Assembly: GCA_964016885.1 (NCBI GenBank)
Contig: CAXHJY010000232.1
Location: 1 to 54,155 of the forward strand
Length of the DNA stretch: 54,155 bases
Direction: 5' to 3'
DNA from: Eledone cirrhosa
Lineage: Eukaryota
Under the pieces are notes generated by a model. It was given only the letters and a program-made list of their open reading frames with translations. It had not been told where the DNA came from and made no database searches. Made by a program: the position numbers and the translations under genes. Positions 25,569 to 41,000 of this stretch are shown here, piece by piece; the first letter of the stretch is position 1, and each line of letters opens with the position of its first letter.

Positions 25569-25858
25569 GGAGGCACGTGGCCTAGTGGTAAGGGTGTTGG
25601 ATTTACGATCATAACGTTGTGAGTTCGATTCCTGGGTTGCGTATTGTGTTCTTGAGCAAAACACTTCATTTCACGTTGCTCCAGTATACTCAGCCGAAAA
25701 TGAGTACCAGCAATAGCTGGGGTTTTAACCCTGCGATGTACTGGTGTCCTGTCCAGTGGGAAGTCTTGTACTCTTAGTTGCTTAACTCCACGAAACCGGG
25801 ATAAGCACTGGCCAAATGAGCCTTAAATGGCTTAAGACAGACTTTAGACTTTTAGACT
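25569..25858 (+). mobile_element. tRNA-derived SINE with CORE-like central domain
   Basis: A-box tggcctagtgg, B-box gagttcgattcc, then gtgttcttgagcaaaacactt...gctccagt...aatgagtacc; tail (agacttt)n. Confidence 0.8.
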
Positions 25859-25928
25859 CACATTAATAGACTGCAGACTGCGTGCAGTTTTTATTTTTAA
25901 TCCCATTATCTACTACCTGAAAACTTAC

Positions 25929-27138
25929 CTGTAATTTTTCTCTTTTTCTTGTTGATCGTTTCATATTCCAAGTCAATGAAGTTGAGTTTGTCCTTAAACA
26001 TTTTCTCATACTCCTTGTTGTCTGCAATAACTGGAATGTCTTGTAAGCTAACCAATTTATTTTTCTTGGTTGGAAATATATTCTCACTCTGAAGTATTTC
26101 AACAAGTTTTCTTTTCTGTTGTTCTATAACCTCCAAGATTTTTGGTTTCTTTGACATATTACATATGTGTATCTTTTCCCCTATCAGAAAATAAAGTTCC
26201 ATCATGCTCTGCAAGCCATCTTCCTCTAAGTATGATAAAACTTGGATAAGCTCTCCATAATCTTGCAGGAGGGGAAACCTAGCTATTCGAACTGTCTCAA
26301 AGAAAAAATCTTCTGCGTCAGAGTAGAAATTTTGAACTCCGCTCTTCAGACTACAATTTTTCTTATACTTCTTCAGTGAATCCTTATGTTTTTCAATCAA
26401 TCCTGTGCTGTCATTCCACCAGATTTCTTCTCGTTTGTACATTTGGCCAATCACATAGTCACGGTGAAAGCTGTCAGAACTATTTGGCACAAAAATCACA
26501 GGTTTATATAGGAAAATATTCTTCACTTCATTGGTAAGATGTTTTGACAAATATATATAAACAGATTTCATATGCTTCAGTGAACCACATAATTCAATTT
26601 TTTCAGCATCATTGGTACGTTCTCCCCACTTGTTGAGAAGATTGCTAATGTCTTTGGGATTAACACTAGTCTTAATATTGAGGAATTCACAGAAAGCAGC
26701 ACTAGACAACTGATTCCTTGTATAGGAAGCAGCATGACCAAGCAAGTGCTTCAAATTTTCTGAGTTCATGTACAAACTGTTTGACACTTGTTCAGAAAAC
26801 TTCGTGTTAACATTCACAGTACCATTAATGTTCTCAAGTTTTATTTCTTCTGCTGGGAACCAAGGCAATGTCTGTAAATTTATAGCAAAGGAAGTAGGTA
26901 TTTCTTTGAGAATGTGGCCATCACTTGTCTTCACAGTTGTCATGATATATCTATCATATCCTCCTTTCCAAAGCCCATCAATTTTCATGCAGAGAACATC
27001 CATCTGTTTGGAGAATGAATCTATATTTCTATTTTGCTTTACTAAAGATTCAAATTCATGGCATGTTTGATCAACAATCATATAATCACCAGAACAGGCT
27101 GGCCAAGTTTCATACAATGGTTTCCATGGTAACTGATC
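25929..27138 (-). CDS. Host gene exon 5, 1210 nt; NO VEIN-like protein central region
   Basis: tcttttag acceptor, GTAAGT donor, phase 0 to 1. DQLPWKPLYETWP..DQTCHEF..PTSFAINLQTLPWFP..MKSVYIYLS..PVIFVP..WWNDSTG..FFETVRI..IFPTKKNKLVSLQDIPVIADN. Family call is from motif memory only. Confidence 0.85.
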
Positions 27139-27299
27139 CTAAAAGATAACAAATATTTAATAAACAATTATTGCAATACTGAGAAGTTATAAATACTGAA
27201 CACTCTTCTAATTTTGTGCAAGTTTCTGGTTTGTGAAAATTATAATTCAATAATAAAATATATAATTTCATACAGAAATTAAAATAGTTTTATAAGGAT

Positions 27300-27763
27300 G
27301 TGGTTAAAATATAGTTTATAATAAAGTGGTTAAAATATAGTTTTATAATAAAGTGGTTAAAATATAGTTTTATAATAAAGTAGTCAAAATATAGTTTTAT
27401 AATAAAGTGGTTAAAATATAGTTTTATAATAAAGTGGTTAAAATATAGTTTTATAATAAAGTGGCCAAAATATAGTTTTATAATAAAGTAGTCAAAATAT
27501 AGTTTTATAATAAAGTGGTTAAAATATAGTTTTATAATAAAGTGGTTAAAATATAGTTTTATAATAAAGTGGTTAAAATATAGTTTTATAATAAAGTGGT
27601 TAAAATATAGTTTTATAATAAAGTGGTTAAAATATAGTTTTATAATAAAGTGGTTAAAATATAGTTTTATAATAAAGTGGTTAAAATATAGTTTTATAAT
27701 AAAGTGGTTAAAATATAGTTTTATAATAAAGTGGTCAAAATATAGTTTTATAATAAAGTGGTC
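27300..27763. repeat. 27-bp minisatellite (gtggttaaaatatagttttataataaa), about 17 copies
   Basis: Direct reading. Confidence 0.95.
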
Positions 27764-27803
27764 ATATGTAAAAGAAAATTGATTTTAATCTCAGTATCAT
27801 AAA

Positions 27804-28180
27804 TGTTGTTGTTGTTGAGGTGGTGGTGCAGTGTCGGTAGTGCTGTGGTGGTTCTGTAGTGTTATAGTGGTGCTGATATAGTTGTAGTAGTGGTGGTGGT
27901 TCTGTGGTGTTGTTATAGTGGTGGTGGTGATGTAGTTTTGTTGTTGTTGTGGGGCTGGTTCTGTGTTGTTGTAGTGATGGCAATGTAGTTGTAGTGGTGG
28001 CGATGGTTCTGTGGTGTGGTTGTAGTAGTGGTGATGTAGTTGTAGTAGTGGTGGTGGTTCTGTAATGTTGTAGTGGTGATGGTGTAGTTGTAGTAGTGGT
28101 GGTGGTTCTGTGGTGATGTAGTAGTGGTGGTGATGTAGTTGTAGTAATGGTTGTAGTTCTGTGGTGATGTAATGTTGTGA
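27804..28180. repeat. (GTG/GTA/GTT)n degenerate trinucleotide repeat
   Basis: Direct reading. Confidence 0.9.
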
Positions 28181-28215
28181 TAAACAAATAAAGAGAAATA
28201 AGAAATGCTACTTAC

Positions 28216-28367
28216 TATATTGTCTTTATTCACCTTTACAGTGGACTCTGTGATACTGAGGAAGTCAGTGACTTTCAGTTTGGAGAAAAATTCATGCCAA
28301 CTAAGTCTGGCAGAAATTTCTGAGACCCCTTGCAGGTAAACATCACTGAGAAGGATCCAATCATAAC
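28216..28367 (-). CDS. Host gene exon 4 (GYDWILLSDVYLQGVSEISARLSWHEFFSKLKVTDFLSITESTVKVNKDNI)
   Basis: ttttttctag acceptor, GTAAGT donor, 152 nt, phase 1 to 0; WxEFFxxLxVxDFL motif typical of NOV/sacsin-like proteins; absent from the ORF track. Confidence 0.88.
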
Positions 28368-29062
28368 CTAGAAAAAATATATATTTATATTCAGGGACAA
28401 AACTATCTATATTGAGTGCTCTGGCATAATATGAATATATATATAGAGAGAAGTATATAGATGATGATGGTGATGATGATGATGGTAATGGTGATGATGA
28501 TCATCATCACCACCATCGTTTTTATGTCCACTTTTTCATATTTGCATGGACTGGGCAAGTCCATTCCAGCACACTGCTCTCCTAGACAGGTTGCCTTCCC
28601 TGTTATTTACAGACTCTGTATCTAGTAGTACAATTTTTATTTATTTGGAGTTACTACTCTCCTACTACTCGCCTTACCTGTGGCTTATTGAACCTACATC
28701 TACCCCAAAAGATATATTAGTTAATTTTGTGTTCAACAGTACAGAATATATAATGCAGTTATGATTTTGATTATCATTATTATACTTAGTCCAGTAAATG
28801 GTTGTCATTAAGGCATATAGGCAGGTGTGAAAGGCAATTTTCAGGCAGAAGGTGGTGAGAGACAAGTGGCCACCAGAATGGAGTATTGTAAGTAGTTGTC
28901 ATTAGAGCAGATTGGACTGGAGAAAACTGGACTTGATTGGTTGATTGATAGGATTGTCCATTTAAGTGTAGAAATTTCACTCTTAAGACTATGGCTATTT
29001 TGTTCAAGGTTCTGTGTAACTGGAAAAATATACAGCCCTGTGGTTGTAAAATAAACTTCTTA

Positions 29063-32000
29063 ACTAAGCAGCTACGACATTGTCCCCAGTAAGTTGGTAC
29101 CAAGATTATCACTAAGCAGTTACGACACTGTCTCTAGAGTAAGTTGGTACCAACATTACCACTAAACAGCTACGACACTGTCCCTAAAGTAAGTTGGTAC
29201 CAACATTACCACTAAGCAGTTACGACACTGTCTCTAGAGTAAGTTGGTACCAACATTACCACTAAACAGCTATGACACTGTCTCTAGAGTAAGTTGGTAC
29301 CAACATTACCACTAAGCAGTTACGACACTGTCTCTAGAGTAAGTTGGTACCAACATTACCACTAAACAGCTATGACACTGTCTCTAGAGTAAGTTGGTAC
29401 CAACATTACCACTAAGCAGTTACGACACTGTCTCTAGAGTAAGTTGGTACCAACATTACCACTAAACAGCTATGACACTGTCTCTAGAGTAAGTTGGTAC
29501 CAACATTACCACTAAACAGTTACGACACTGTCCCTAGAGTAAGTTGGTACCAACATTACCACTAAACAGCTACGACACTGTCCCTAAAGTAAGTTGGTAC
29601 CAACATTACCACTAAGCAGTTACGACACTGTCTCTAGAGTAAGTTGGTACCAACATTACCACTAAACAGCTATGACACTGTCCCTAGAGTAAGTTGGTAC
29701 CAACATTACCACTAAGCAGTTACGACACTGTCTCTAGAGTAAGTTGGTACCAACATTACCACTAAACAGCTATGACACTGTCTCTAGAGTAAGTTGGTAC
29801 CAACATTACCACTAAGCAGTTACGACACTGTCTCTAGAGTAAGTTGGTACCAACATTACCACTAAACAGCTATGACACTGTCTCTAGAGTAAGTTGGTAC
29901 CAACATTACCACTAAGCAGTTACGACACTGTCTCTAGAGTAAGTTGGTACCAACATTACCACTAAACAGCTATGACACTGTCTCTAGAGTAAGTTGGTAC
30001 CAACATAACCACTAAACAGTTACGACACTGTCCCTAGAGTAAGTTGGTACCAACATTACCACTAAACAGCTATGACACTGTCTCTAGAGTAAGTTGGTAC
30101 CAACATAACCACTAAACAGTTACGACACTGTCCCTAGAGTAAGTTGGTACCAACATTACCACTAAACAGCTATGATACTGTCCCAAGAGTAAGTTGGTAC
30201 CAACATTACCACTAAACAGCTATGACACTGTCCCTAGAGTAAGTTGGTACCAACATTACCACTAAACAGCTATGACACTGTCCCTAGAGTAAGTTGGTAC
30301 CAACATTACCACTAAACAGCTATGACACTGTCCCTAGAGTAAGTTGGTACAAACATTACCAGTAAACAGCTATGACACTGTCTCTAGAGTAAGTTGGTAC
30401 CAACATTACCACTAAACAGCTATGACACTGTCCCTAAAGTAAGTTGGTACCAACATTACCACTAAACAGCTATGACACTGTCCCTAGAGTAAGTTGCTAC
30501 CAACATTACCACTAAACAGCTATGACACTGTCCCTAGAGTAAGTTGGTACCAACATTACCACTAAACAGCTATGACACTGTCCCTAGAGTAAGTTGGTAC
30601 CAACATTACCACTAAACAGCTATGACACTGTCCCTAGAGTAAGTTGGTACCAATATTACCACTAAACAGCTATGACACTGTCCCTAGAGTAAGTTGGTAC
30701 CAACATTACCACTAAACAGCTATGACACTGTCCCTAGAGTAAGTTGGTACCAACATTACCACTAAACAGCTATGACACTGTCCCTAGAGTAAGTTGGTAC
30801 CAACATTACCACTAAACAGCTATGACACTGTCCCTAGAGTAAGTTGGTACCAACATTACCACTAAACAGCTATGACACTGTCTCTAGAGTAAGTTGGTAC
30901 CAACATTACCACTAAACAGCTATGACACTGTCCCTAAAGTAAGTTGGTACCAACATTACCCCTAAACAGCTATGACACTGTCCCTAGAGTAAGTTGGTAC
31001 CAACATTACCACTAAACAGCTATGACACTGTCCCTAGAGTAAGTTGCTACCAACATTACCACTAAACAGCTATGACACTGTCCCTAGAGTAAGTTGGTAC
31101 CAACATTACCACTAAACAGCTATTACACTGTCCCTAGAGTAAGTTGGTACCAACATTACCATTAAACAGCTATGACACTGTCCCTAGAGTAAGTTGGTAC
31201 CAACATTACCACTAAACAGCTATGACACTGTCCCTAGAGTAAGTTGGTACCAACATTACCACTAAACAGCTATGACACTGTCCCTAGAGTAAGTTGGTAC
31301 CAACATTACCACTAAACAGCTATGACACTGTCTCTAGAGTAAGTTGGTACCAACATTACCACTAAACAGCTATGACACTGTCTCTAGAGTAAGTTGGTAC
31401 CAACATTACCACTAAACAGCTATGACACTGTCCCTAAAGTAAGTTGGTACCAACATTACCCCTAAACAGCTATGACACTGTCCCTAAAGTAAGTTGGTAC
31501 CAACATTACCACTAAACAGCTATGACACTGTCCCTAGAGTAAGTTGGTACCAACATTACCACTAAACAGCTATGACACTGTCCCTAGAGTAAGTTGGTAC
31601 CAACATTACCACTAAACAGCTATGACACTGTCTCTAGAGTAAGTTGGTACCAACATTACCACTAAACAGCTATGACACTGTCCCTAGAGTAAGTTGGTAC
31701 CAACATTACCACTAAACAGCTATGACACTGTCCCTAGAGTAAGTTGGTACCAACATTACCACTAAACAGCTATGACACTGTCCCTAGAGTAAGTTGGTAC
31801 CAACATTACCACTAAACAGCTATGACACTGTCCCTAGAGTAAGTTGGTACCAACATTACCACTAAACAGCTATGACACTGTCCCTAGAGTAAGTTGCTAC
31901 CAACATTACCACTAAACAGCTATGACACTGTCTCTAGAGTAAGTTGGTACCAACATAACCACTAAACAGTTACGACACTGTCCCTAGAGTAAGTTGGTAC

Positions 32001-35000
32001 CAACATTACCACTAAACAGCTATGACACTGTCCCTAGAGTAAGTTGGTACCAACATTACCACTAAACAGCTATGACACTGTCTCTAGAGTAAGTTGGTAC
32101 CAACATTACCACTAAGCAGTTACGACACTGTCCCTAGAGTAAGTTGGTACCAACATTACCACTAAACAGCTATGACACTGTCTCTAGAGTAAGTTGGTAC
32201 CAACATTACCACTAAACAGCTATGACACTGTCTCTAGAGTAAGTTGGTACCAACATTACCACTAAACAGCTATGACACTGTCTCTAGAGTAAGTTGGTAC
32301 CAACATTACCACTAAACAGCTATGACACTGTCTCTAGAGTAAGTTGGTACCAACATTACCACTAAACAGCTATGACACTGTCTCTAGAGTAAGTTGGTAC
32401 CAACATTACCACTAAACAGCTATGACACTGTCCCTAGAGTAAGTTGGTACCAACATTACCACTAAACATCTATGACACTGTCTCTAGAGTAAGTTGGTAC
32501 CAACATTACCACTAAACAGCTATGACACTGTCCCTAGAGTAAGTTGGTACCAACATTACCACTAAACATCTATGACACTGTCTCTAGAGTAAGTTGGTAC
32601 CAACATTACCACTAAACAGCTATGACACTGTCCCTAGAGTAAGTTGGTACCAACATTACCACTAAACAGCTATGACACTGTCCCTAGAGTAAGTTGGTAC
32701 CAATATTACCACTAAACAGCTATGACACTGTCCCTAGAGTAAGTTGGTACCAACATTACCACTAAACAGCTATGACACTGTCCCTAGAGTAAGTTGGTAC
32801 CAACATTACCACTAAACATCTATGACACTGTCTCTAGAGTAAGTTGGTACCAACATTACCACTAAACAGCTATGACACTGTCCCTAGAGTAAGTTGGAAC
32901 CAACATTACCACTAAACAGCTATGACACTGTCCCTAGAGTAAGTTGGTACCAACATTACCACTAAACATCTATGACACTGTCTCTCGAGTAAGTTGGTAC
33001 CAACATTACCACTAAACAGCTATGACACTGTCCCTAGAGTAAGTTGGTACCAACATTACCACTAAACAGCTATGACACTGTCCCTAGAGTAAGTTGGTAC
33101 CAATATTACCACTAAACAGCTATGACACTGTCCCTAGAGTAAGTTGGTACCAACATTACCACTAAACAGCTATGACACTGTCCCTAGAGTAAGTTGGTAC
33201 CAACATTACCACTAAACAGCTATGACACTGTCCCTAGAGTAAGTTGGTACCAACATTACCACTAAACAGCTATGACACTGTCCCTAGAGTAAGTTGGTAC
33301 CAACATTACCACTAAACAGCTATGACACTGTCTCTAGAGTAAGTTGGTACCAACATTACCACTAAACAGCTATGACACTGTCCCTAAAGTAAGTTGGTAC
33401 CAACATTACCCCTAAACAGCTATGACACTGTCCCTAGAGTAAGTTGGTACCAACATTACCACTAAACAGCTATGACACTGTCCCTAGAGTAAGTTGCTAC
33501 CAACATTACCACTAAACAGCTATGACACTGTCCCTAGAGTAAGTTGGTACCAACATTACCACTAAACAGCTATTACACTGTCCCTAGAGTAAGTTGGTAC
33601 CAACATTACCACTAAACAGCTATGACACTGTCCCTAGAGTAAGTTGGTACCAACATTACCACTAAACAGCTATGACACTGTCCCTAGAGTAAGTTGGTAC
33701 CAACATTACCACTAAACAGCTATGACACTGTCCCTAGAGTAAGTTGGTACCAACATTACCACTAAACAGCTATGACACTGTCTCTAGAGTAAGTTGGTAC
33801 CAACATTACCACTAAACAGCTATGACACTGTCCCTAGAGTAAGTTGGTACCAACATTACCACTAAACAGCTATGACACTGTCCCTAAAGTAAGTTGGTAC
33901 CAACATTACCACTAAACAGCTATGACACTGTCCCTAGAGTAAGTTGGTACCAACATTACCCCTAAACAGCTATGACACTGTCTCTAGAGTAAGTTGGTAC
34001 CAACATTACCACTAAACAGCTATGACACTGTCCCTAAAGTAAGTTGGTACCAATATTACCCCTAAACAGCTATGACACTGTCCCTAGAGTAAGTTGGTAC
34101 CAACATTACCACTAAACAGCTATGACACTGTCCCTAGAGTAAGTTGCTACCAACATTACCACTAAACAGCTATGACACTGTCCCTAGAGTAAGTTGGTAC
34201 CAACATTACCACTAAACAGCTATTACACTGTCCCTAGAGTAAGTTGGTACCAACATTACCACTAAACAGCTATGACACTGTCCCTAGAGTAAGTTGGTAC
34301 CAACATTACCACTAAACAGCTATGACACTGTCCCTAAAGTAAGTTGGTACCAACATTACCACTAAACAGCTATGACACTGTCCCTAGAGTAAGTTGGTAC
34401 CAACATTACCCCTAAACAGCTATGACACTGTCTCTAGAGTAAGTTGGTACCAACATTACCACTAAACAGCGATGACACTGTCCCTAAAGTAAGTTGGTAC
34501 CAACATTACCCCTAAACAGCTATGACACTGTCCCTAGAGTAAGTTGGTACCAACATTACCACTAAACAGCTATGACACTGTCCCTAGAGTAAGTTGCTAC
34601 CAACATTACCACTAAACAGCTATGACACTGTCCCTAGAGTAAGTTGGTACCAACATTATCACTAAACAGCTATGACACTGTCCCTAGAGTAAGTTGGTAC
34701 CAACATTACCACTAAACAGCTATGACGCTGTCTCTAGAGTAAGTTGGTACCAACATTACCACTAAACAGCTATGACACTGTCCCTAGAGTAAGTTGCTAC
34801 CAACATTACCACTAAACAGCTATGACACTGTCCCTAGAGTAAGTTGGTACCAACATTACCCCTAAACAGCTATGACACTGTCCCTAGAGTAAGTTGGTAC
34901 CAGCATTATCACTAAACAGCTATGACGCTGTCTCTAGAGTAAGTTGGTACCAACATTACCACTAAACAGCTATGACACTGTCCCTAGAGTAAGTTGGTAC

Positions 35001-38000
35001 CAACATTACCACTAAACAGCTATGACACTGTCCCTAGAGTAAGTTGCTACCAACATTACCACTAAACAGCTATGACACTGTCTCTAGAGTAAGTTGGTAC
35101 CAACATAACCACTAAACAGCTATGACACTGTCCCTAGAGTAAGTTGGTACCAACATTACCACTAAACAGCTATGACACTGTCCCTAGAGTAAGTTGGTAC
35201 CAACATTACCACTAAACAGCTATGACACTGTCCCTAGAGTAAGTTGGTACCAACATTACCACTAAACAGCTATGACACTGTCCCTAGAGTAAGTTGGTAC
35301 CAACATTGCCACTAAACAGCTATGACACTGTCCCTAGAGTAAGTTGGTACCAACATTACCACTAAACAGCTATGACACTGTCCCTAGAGTAAGTTGCTAC
35401 CAACATTACCACTAAACAGCTATGACACTGTCTCTAGAGTAAGTTGGTACCAACATAACCACTAAACAGTTACGACACTGTCCCTAGAGTAAGTTGGTAC
35501 CAACATTACCACTAAACAGCTATGACACTGTCCCTAGAGTAAGTTGGTACCAACATTACCACTAAACAGCTATGACACTGTCTCTAGAGTAAGTTGGTAC
35601 CAACATTACCACTAAGCAGTTACGACACTGTCCCTAGAGTAAGTTGGTACCAACATTACCACTAAACAGCTATGACACTGTCTCTAGAGTAAGTTGGTAC
35701 CAACATTACCACTAAACAGCTATGACACTGTCTCTAGAGTAAGTTGGTACCAACATTACCACTAAACAGCTATGACACTGTCTCTAGAGTAAGTTGGTAC
35801 CAACATTACCACTAAACAGCTATGACACTGTCTCTAGAGTAAGTTGGTACCAACATTACCACTAAACAGCTATGACACTGTCTCTAGAGTAAGTTGGTAC
35901 CAACATTACCACTAAACAGCTATGACACTGTCCCTAGAGTAAGTTGGTACCAACATTACCACTAAACATCTATGACACTGTCTCTAGAGTAAGTTGGTAC
36001 CAACATTACCACTAAACAGCTATGACACTGTCCCTAGAGTAAGTTGGTACCAACATTACCACTAAACATCTATGACACTGTCTCTAGAGTAAGTTGGTAC
36101 CAACATTACCACTAAACAGCTATGACACTGTCCCTTGAGTAAGTTGGTACCAAGATTATCACTAAACATCTATGACACTGTCTCTAGAGTAAGTTGGTAC
36201 CAAGATTATCACTAAACAGCTATGACACTGTCTCTAGAGTAAGTTGGTACCAACATTACCACTAAACAGCTATGACACTGTCCCTAGAGTAAGTTGGTAC
36301 CAACATTACCACTAAACAGCTATGACACTGTCCCTAAAGTAAGTTGGTACCAACATTACCACTAAGCAGTTACGACACTGTCCCTAGAGTAAGTTGGTAC
36401 CAACATTACCACTAAGCAGTTACGACACTGTCCCTAGAGTAAGTTGGTACCAACATTACCACTAAACAGCTATGACACTGTCTCTAGAGTAAGTTAGTAC
36501 CAATATTACCACTAAACAGCTATGACACTGTCCCTAGAGTAAGTTGGTACCAATATTACCACTAAACAGCTATGACACTGTCCCTAGAGTAAGTTGGTAC
36601 CAACATTACCACTAAACAGCTATGACACTGTCTCTAGAGTAAGTTGGTACCAACATTATCACTAAACAGCTATGACACTGTCCCTAGAGTAAGTTGGTAC
36701 CTACATTACCACTAAACAGCTATGACACTGTCCCTTGAGTAAGTTGGTACCAACATTACCACTAAACAGCTATGACACTGTCTCTTGAGTAAGTTGGTAC
36801 CAACATTATCACTAAACAGCTATGACACTGTCTCTAGAGTAAGTTGGTACCAACATTACCACTAAACAGCTATGACACTGTCTCTAGAGTAAGTTCGTAC
36901 CAACATTATCACTAAACAGCTATGACACTGTCCCTAGAGTAAGTTGGTACCAACATTACCACTAAACAGCTATGACACTGTCCCTAGAGTAAGTTGGTAC
37001 CAACATTATCACTAAACAGCTATGACACTGTCCCTAGAGTAAGTTGGTACCAACATTACCACTAAACAGCTACGACACTGTCCCTAGAGTAAGTTGGTAC
37101 CAACATTACCACTAAACAGCTATGACACTGTCCCTAGAGTAAGTTGGTACCAACATTACCACTAAACAGCTATGACACTGTCCCTAGAGTAAGTTGGTAC
37201 CAACATTACCACTAAACAGCTATGACACTGTCCCTAGAGTAAGTTGGTACCAACATTACCACTAAACAGCTATGACACTGTCTCTAGAGTAAGTTGGTAC
37301 CAACATTACCACTAAACAGCTATGACACTGTCCCTAGAGTAAGTTGGTACCAACATTACCACTAAACAGCTATGACACTGTCTCTAGAGTAAGTTGGTAC
37401 CAACATTACCACTAAACAGCTATGACACTGTCTCTAGAGTAAGTTGGTACCAACATTACCACTAAACAGCTATGGCACTGTCTCTAGAGTCAGTTGGTAC
37501 CAACATTACCACTAAACAGCTATGACACTGTCCCTAGAGTAAGTTGGTACCAACATTACCACTAAACAGCTATGACACTGTCCCTAGAGTAAGTTGGTAC
37601 CAACATTACCACTAAACAGCTACAACACTGTCTCTAGAGTAAGTTGGTACCAACATTACCACTAAACAGCTATGGCATTGTCCCTAGAGTAAGTTGGTAC
37701 CAACATTACCACTAAGCAGTTACGACACTGTCCCTAGAGTAAGTTGGTACCAACATTACCACTAAGCAGTTACGACACTGTCCCTAGAGTAAGTTGGTAC
37801 CAACATTACCACTAAACAGCTATTATACTGTCCCTAGAGTAAGTTGGTACCAACATTACCACTAAGCAGTTACGACACTGTCCCTAGAGTAAGTTGGTAC
37901 CAACATTACCACTAAACAGCTATGACACTGTCTCTAGAGTAAGTTCGTACCAATATTACCACTAAACAGCTATGACACTGTCCCTAGAGTAAGTTGGTAC

Positions 38001-41000
38001 CAATATTACCACTAAACAGCTATGACACTGTCCCTAGAGTAAGTTGGTACCAACATTACCACTAAACAGCTATGACACTGTCTCTAGAGTAAGTTGGTAC
38101 CAACATTATCACTAAACAGCTATGACACTGTCCCTAGAGTAAGTTGGTACCTACATTACCACTAAACAGCTATGACACTGTCCCTTGAGTAAGTTGGTAC
38201 CAACATTACCACTAAACAGCTATGACACTGTCTCTTGAGTAAGTTGGTACCAACATTATCACTAAACAGCTATGACACTGTCTCTAGAGTAAGTTGGTAC
38301 CAACATTACCACTAAACAGCTATGACACTGTCTCTAGAGTAAGTTGGTACCAACATTATCACTAAACAGCTTTGACACTGCCCCTAGAGTAAGTTGGTAC
38401 CAACATTACCACTAAACAGCTATGACACTGTCCCTAGAGTAAGTTGGTACAACATTATCACTAAACAGCTATGACACTGTCCCTAGAGTAAGTTGGTACC
38501 AACATTACCACTAAACAGCTATGACACTGTCCCTAGAGTAAGTTGGTACCAACATTACCACTAAACAGCTATGACACTGTCCCTAGAGTAAGTTGGTACC
38601 AACATTACCACTAAACAGCTATGACACTGTCCCTAGAGTAAGTTGGTACCAACATTACCACTAAACAGCTATGACACTGTCCCTAGAGTAAGTTGGTACC
38701 AACATTACCACTAAACAGCTATGACACTGTCTCTAGAGTAAGTTGGTACCAACATTACCACTAAACAGCTATGACACTGTCCCTAGAGTAAGTTGGTACC
38801 AACATTACCACTAAACAGCTATGACACTGTCTCTAGAGTAAGTTGGTACCAACATTACCACTAAACAGCTATGACACTGTCTCTAGAGTAAGTTGGTACC
38901 AACATTACCACTAAACAGCTATGACACTGTCTCTAGAGTCAGTTGGTACCAACATTACCACTAAACAGCTATGACACTGTCCCTAGAGTAAGTTGGTACC
39001 AACATTACCACTAAACAGCTATGACACTGTCCCTAGAGTAAGTTGGTACCAACATTACCACTAAACAGCTACAACACTGTCTCTAGAGTAAGTTGGTACC
39101 AACATTACCACTAAACAGCTATGGCATTGTCCCTAGAGTAAGTTGGTACCAACATTACCACTAAGCAGTTACGACACTGTCCCTAGAGTAAGTTGGTACC
39201 AACATTACCACTAAGCAGTTACGACACTGTCCCTAGAGTAAGTTGGTACCAACATTACCACTAAACAGCTATTATACTGTCCCTAGAGTAAGTTGGTACC
39301 AACATTACCACTAAGCAGTTACGACACTGTCCCTAGAGTAAGTTGGTACCAACATTACCACTAAACAGCTATGACACTGTCTCTAGAGTAAGTTCGTACC
39401 AATATTACCACTAAACAGCTATGACACTGTCCCTAGAGTAAGTTGGTACCAATATTACCACTAAACAGCTATGACACTGTCCCTAGAGTAAGTTGGTACC
39501 AACATTATCACTAAACAGCTATGACACTGTCCCTAGAGTAAGTTGGTACCTACATTACCACTAAACAGCTATGACACTGTCCCTTGAGTAAGTTGGTACC
39601 AACATTACCACTAAACAGCTATGACACTGTCTCTTGAGTAAGTTGGTACTAACATTATCACTAAACAGCTATGACGCTGTCTCTAGAGTAAGTTGGTACC
39701 AACATTACCACTAAACAGCTATGACACTGTCCCTAGAGTAAGTTGGTACCAACATTACCACTAAACAGCTATGACACTGTCCCTAGAGTAAGTTGCTACC
39801 AACATTACCACTAAACAGCTATGACACTGTCTCTAGAGTAAGTTGGTACCAACATAACCACTAAACAGCTATGACACTGTCCCTAGAGTAAGTTGGTACC
39901 AACATTACCACTAAACAGCTATGACACTGTCCCTAGAGTAAGTTGGTACCAACATTACCACTAAACAGCTATGACACTGTCCCTAGAGTAAGTTGGTACC
40001 AACATTACCACTAAACAGCTATGACACTGTCCCTAGAGTAAGTTGGTACCAACATTGCCACTAAACAGCTATGACACTGTCCCTAGAGTAAGTTGGTACC
40101 AACATTACCACTAAACAGCTATGACACTGTCCCTAGAGTAAGTTGCTACCAACATTACCACTAAACAGCTATGACACTGTCTCTAGAGTAAGTTGGTACC
40201 AACATAACCACTAAACAGTTACGACACTGTCCCTAGAGTAAGTTGGTACCAAAATTACCACTAAACAGCTATGACACTGTCCCTAGAGTAAGTTGGTACC
40301 AACATTACCACTAAACAGCTATGACACTGTCTCTAGAGTAAGTTGGTACCAACATTACCACTAAGCAGTTACGACACTGTCCCTAGAGTAAGTTGGTACC
40401 AACATTACCACTAAACAGCTATGACACTGTCTCTAGAGTAAGTTGGTACCAACATTACCACTAAACAGCTATGACACTGTCTCTAGAGTAAGTTGGTACC
40501 AACATTACCACTAAACAGCTATGACACTGTCTCTAGAGTAAGTTGGTACCAACATTACCACTAAACAGCTATGACACTGTCTCTAGAGTAAGTTGGTACC
40601 AACATTACCACTAAACAGCTATGACACTGTCTCTAGAGTAAGTTGGTACCAACATTACCACTAAACAGCTATGACACTGTCCCTAGAGTAAGTTGGTACC
40701 AACATTACCACTAAACATCTATGACACTGTCTCTAGAGTAAGTTGGTACCAACATTACCACTAAACAGCTATGACACTGTCCCTAGAGTAAGTTGGTACC
40801 AACATTACCACTAAACATCTATGACACTGTCTCTAGAGTAAGTTGGTACCAACATTACCACTAAACAGCTATGACACTGTCCCTTGAGTAAGTTGGTACC
40901 AAGATTATAACTAAACAGCTATGACACTGTCTCTAGAGTAAGTTGGTACCAAGATTATCACTAAACAGCTATGACACTGTCTCTAGAGTAAGTTGGTACC

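Noticed and set aside
25569-25645. tRNA gene
   Set aside because: A/B boxes are present, but there is no proper acceptor stem and it runs into a SINE body and tail. The same applies near 47890.
27762-28233. Thr/His-rich mucin-like ORFs
   Set aside because: Trinucleotide repeat inside an intron; the real exon ends at 28216.
28546-29060. Short ORFs left of the satellite
   Set aside because: No motifs or splice signals needed; exons 3 and 4 already join in phase.
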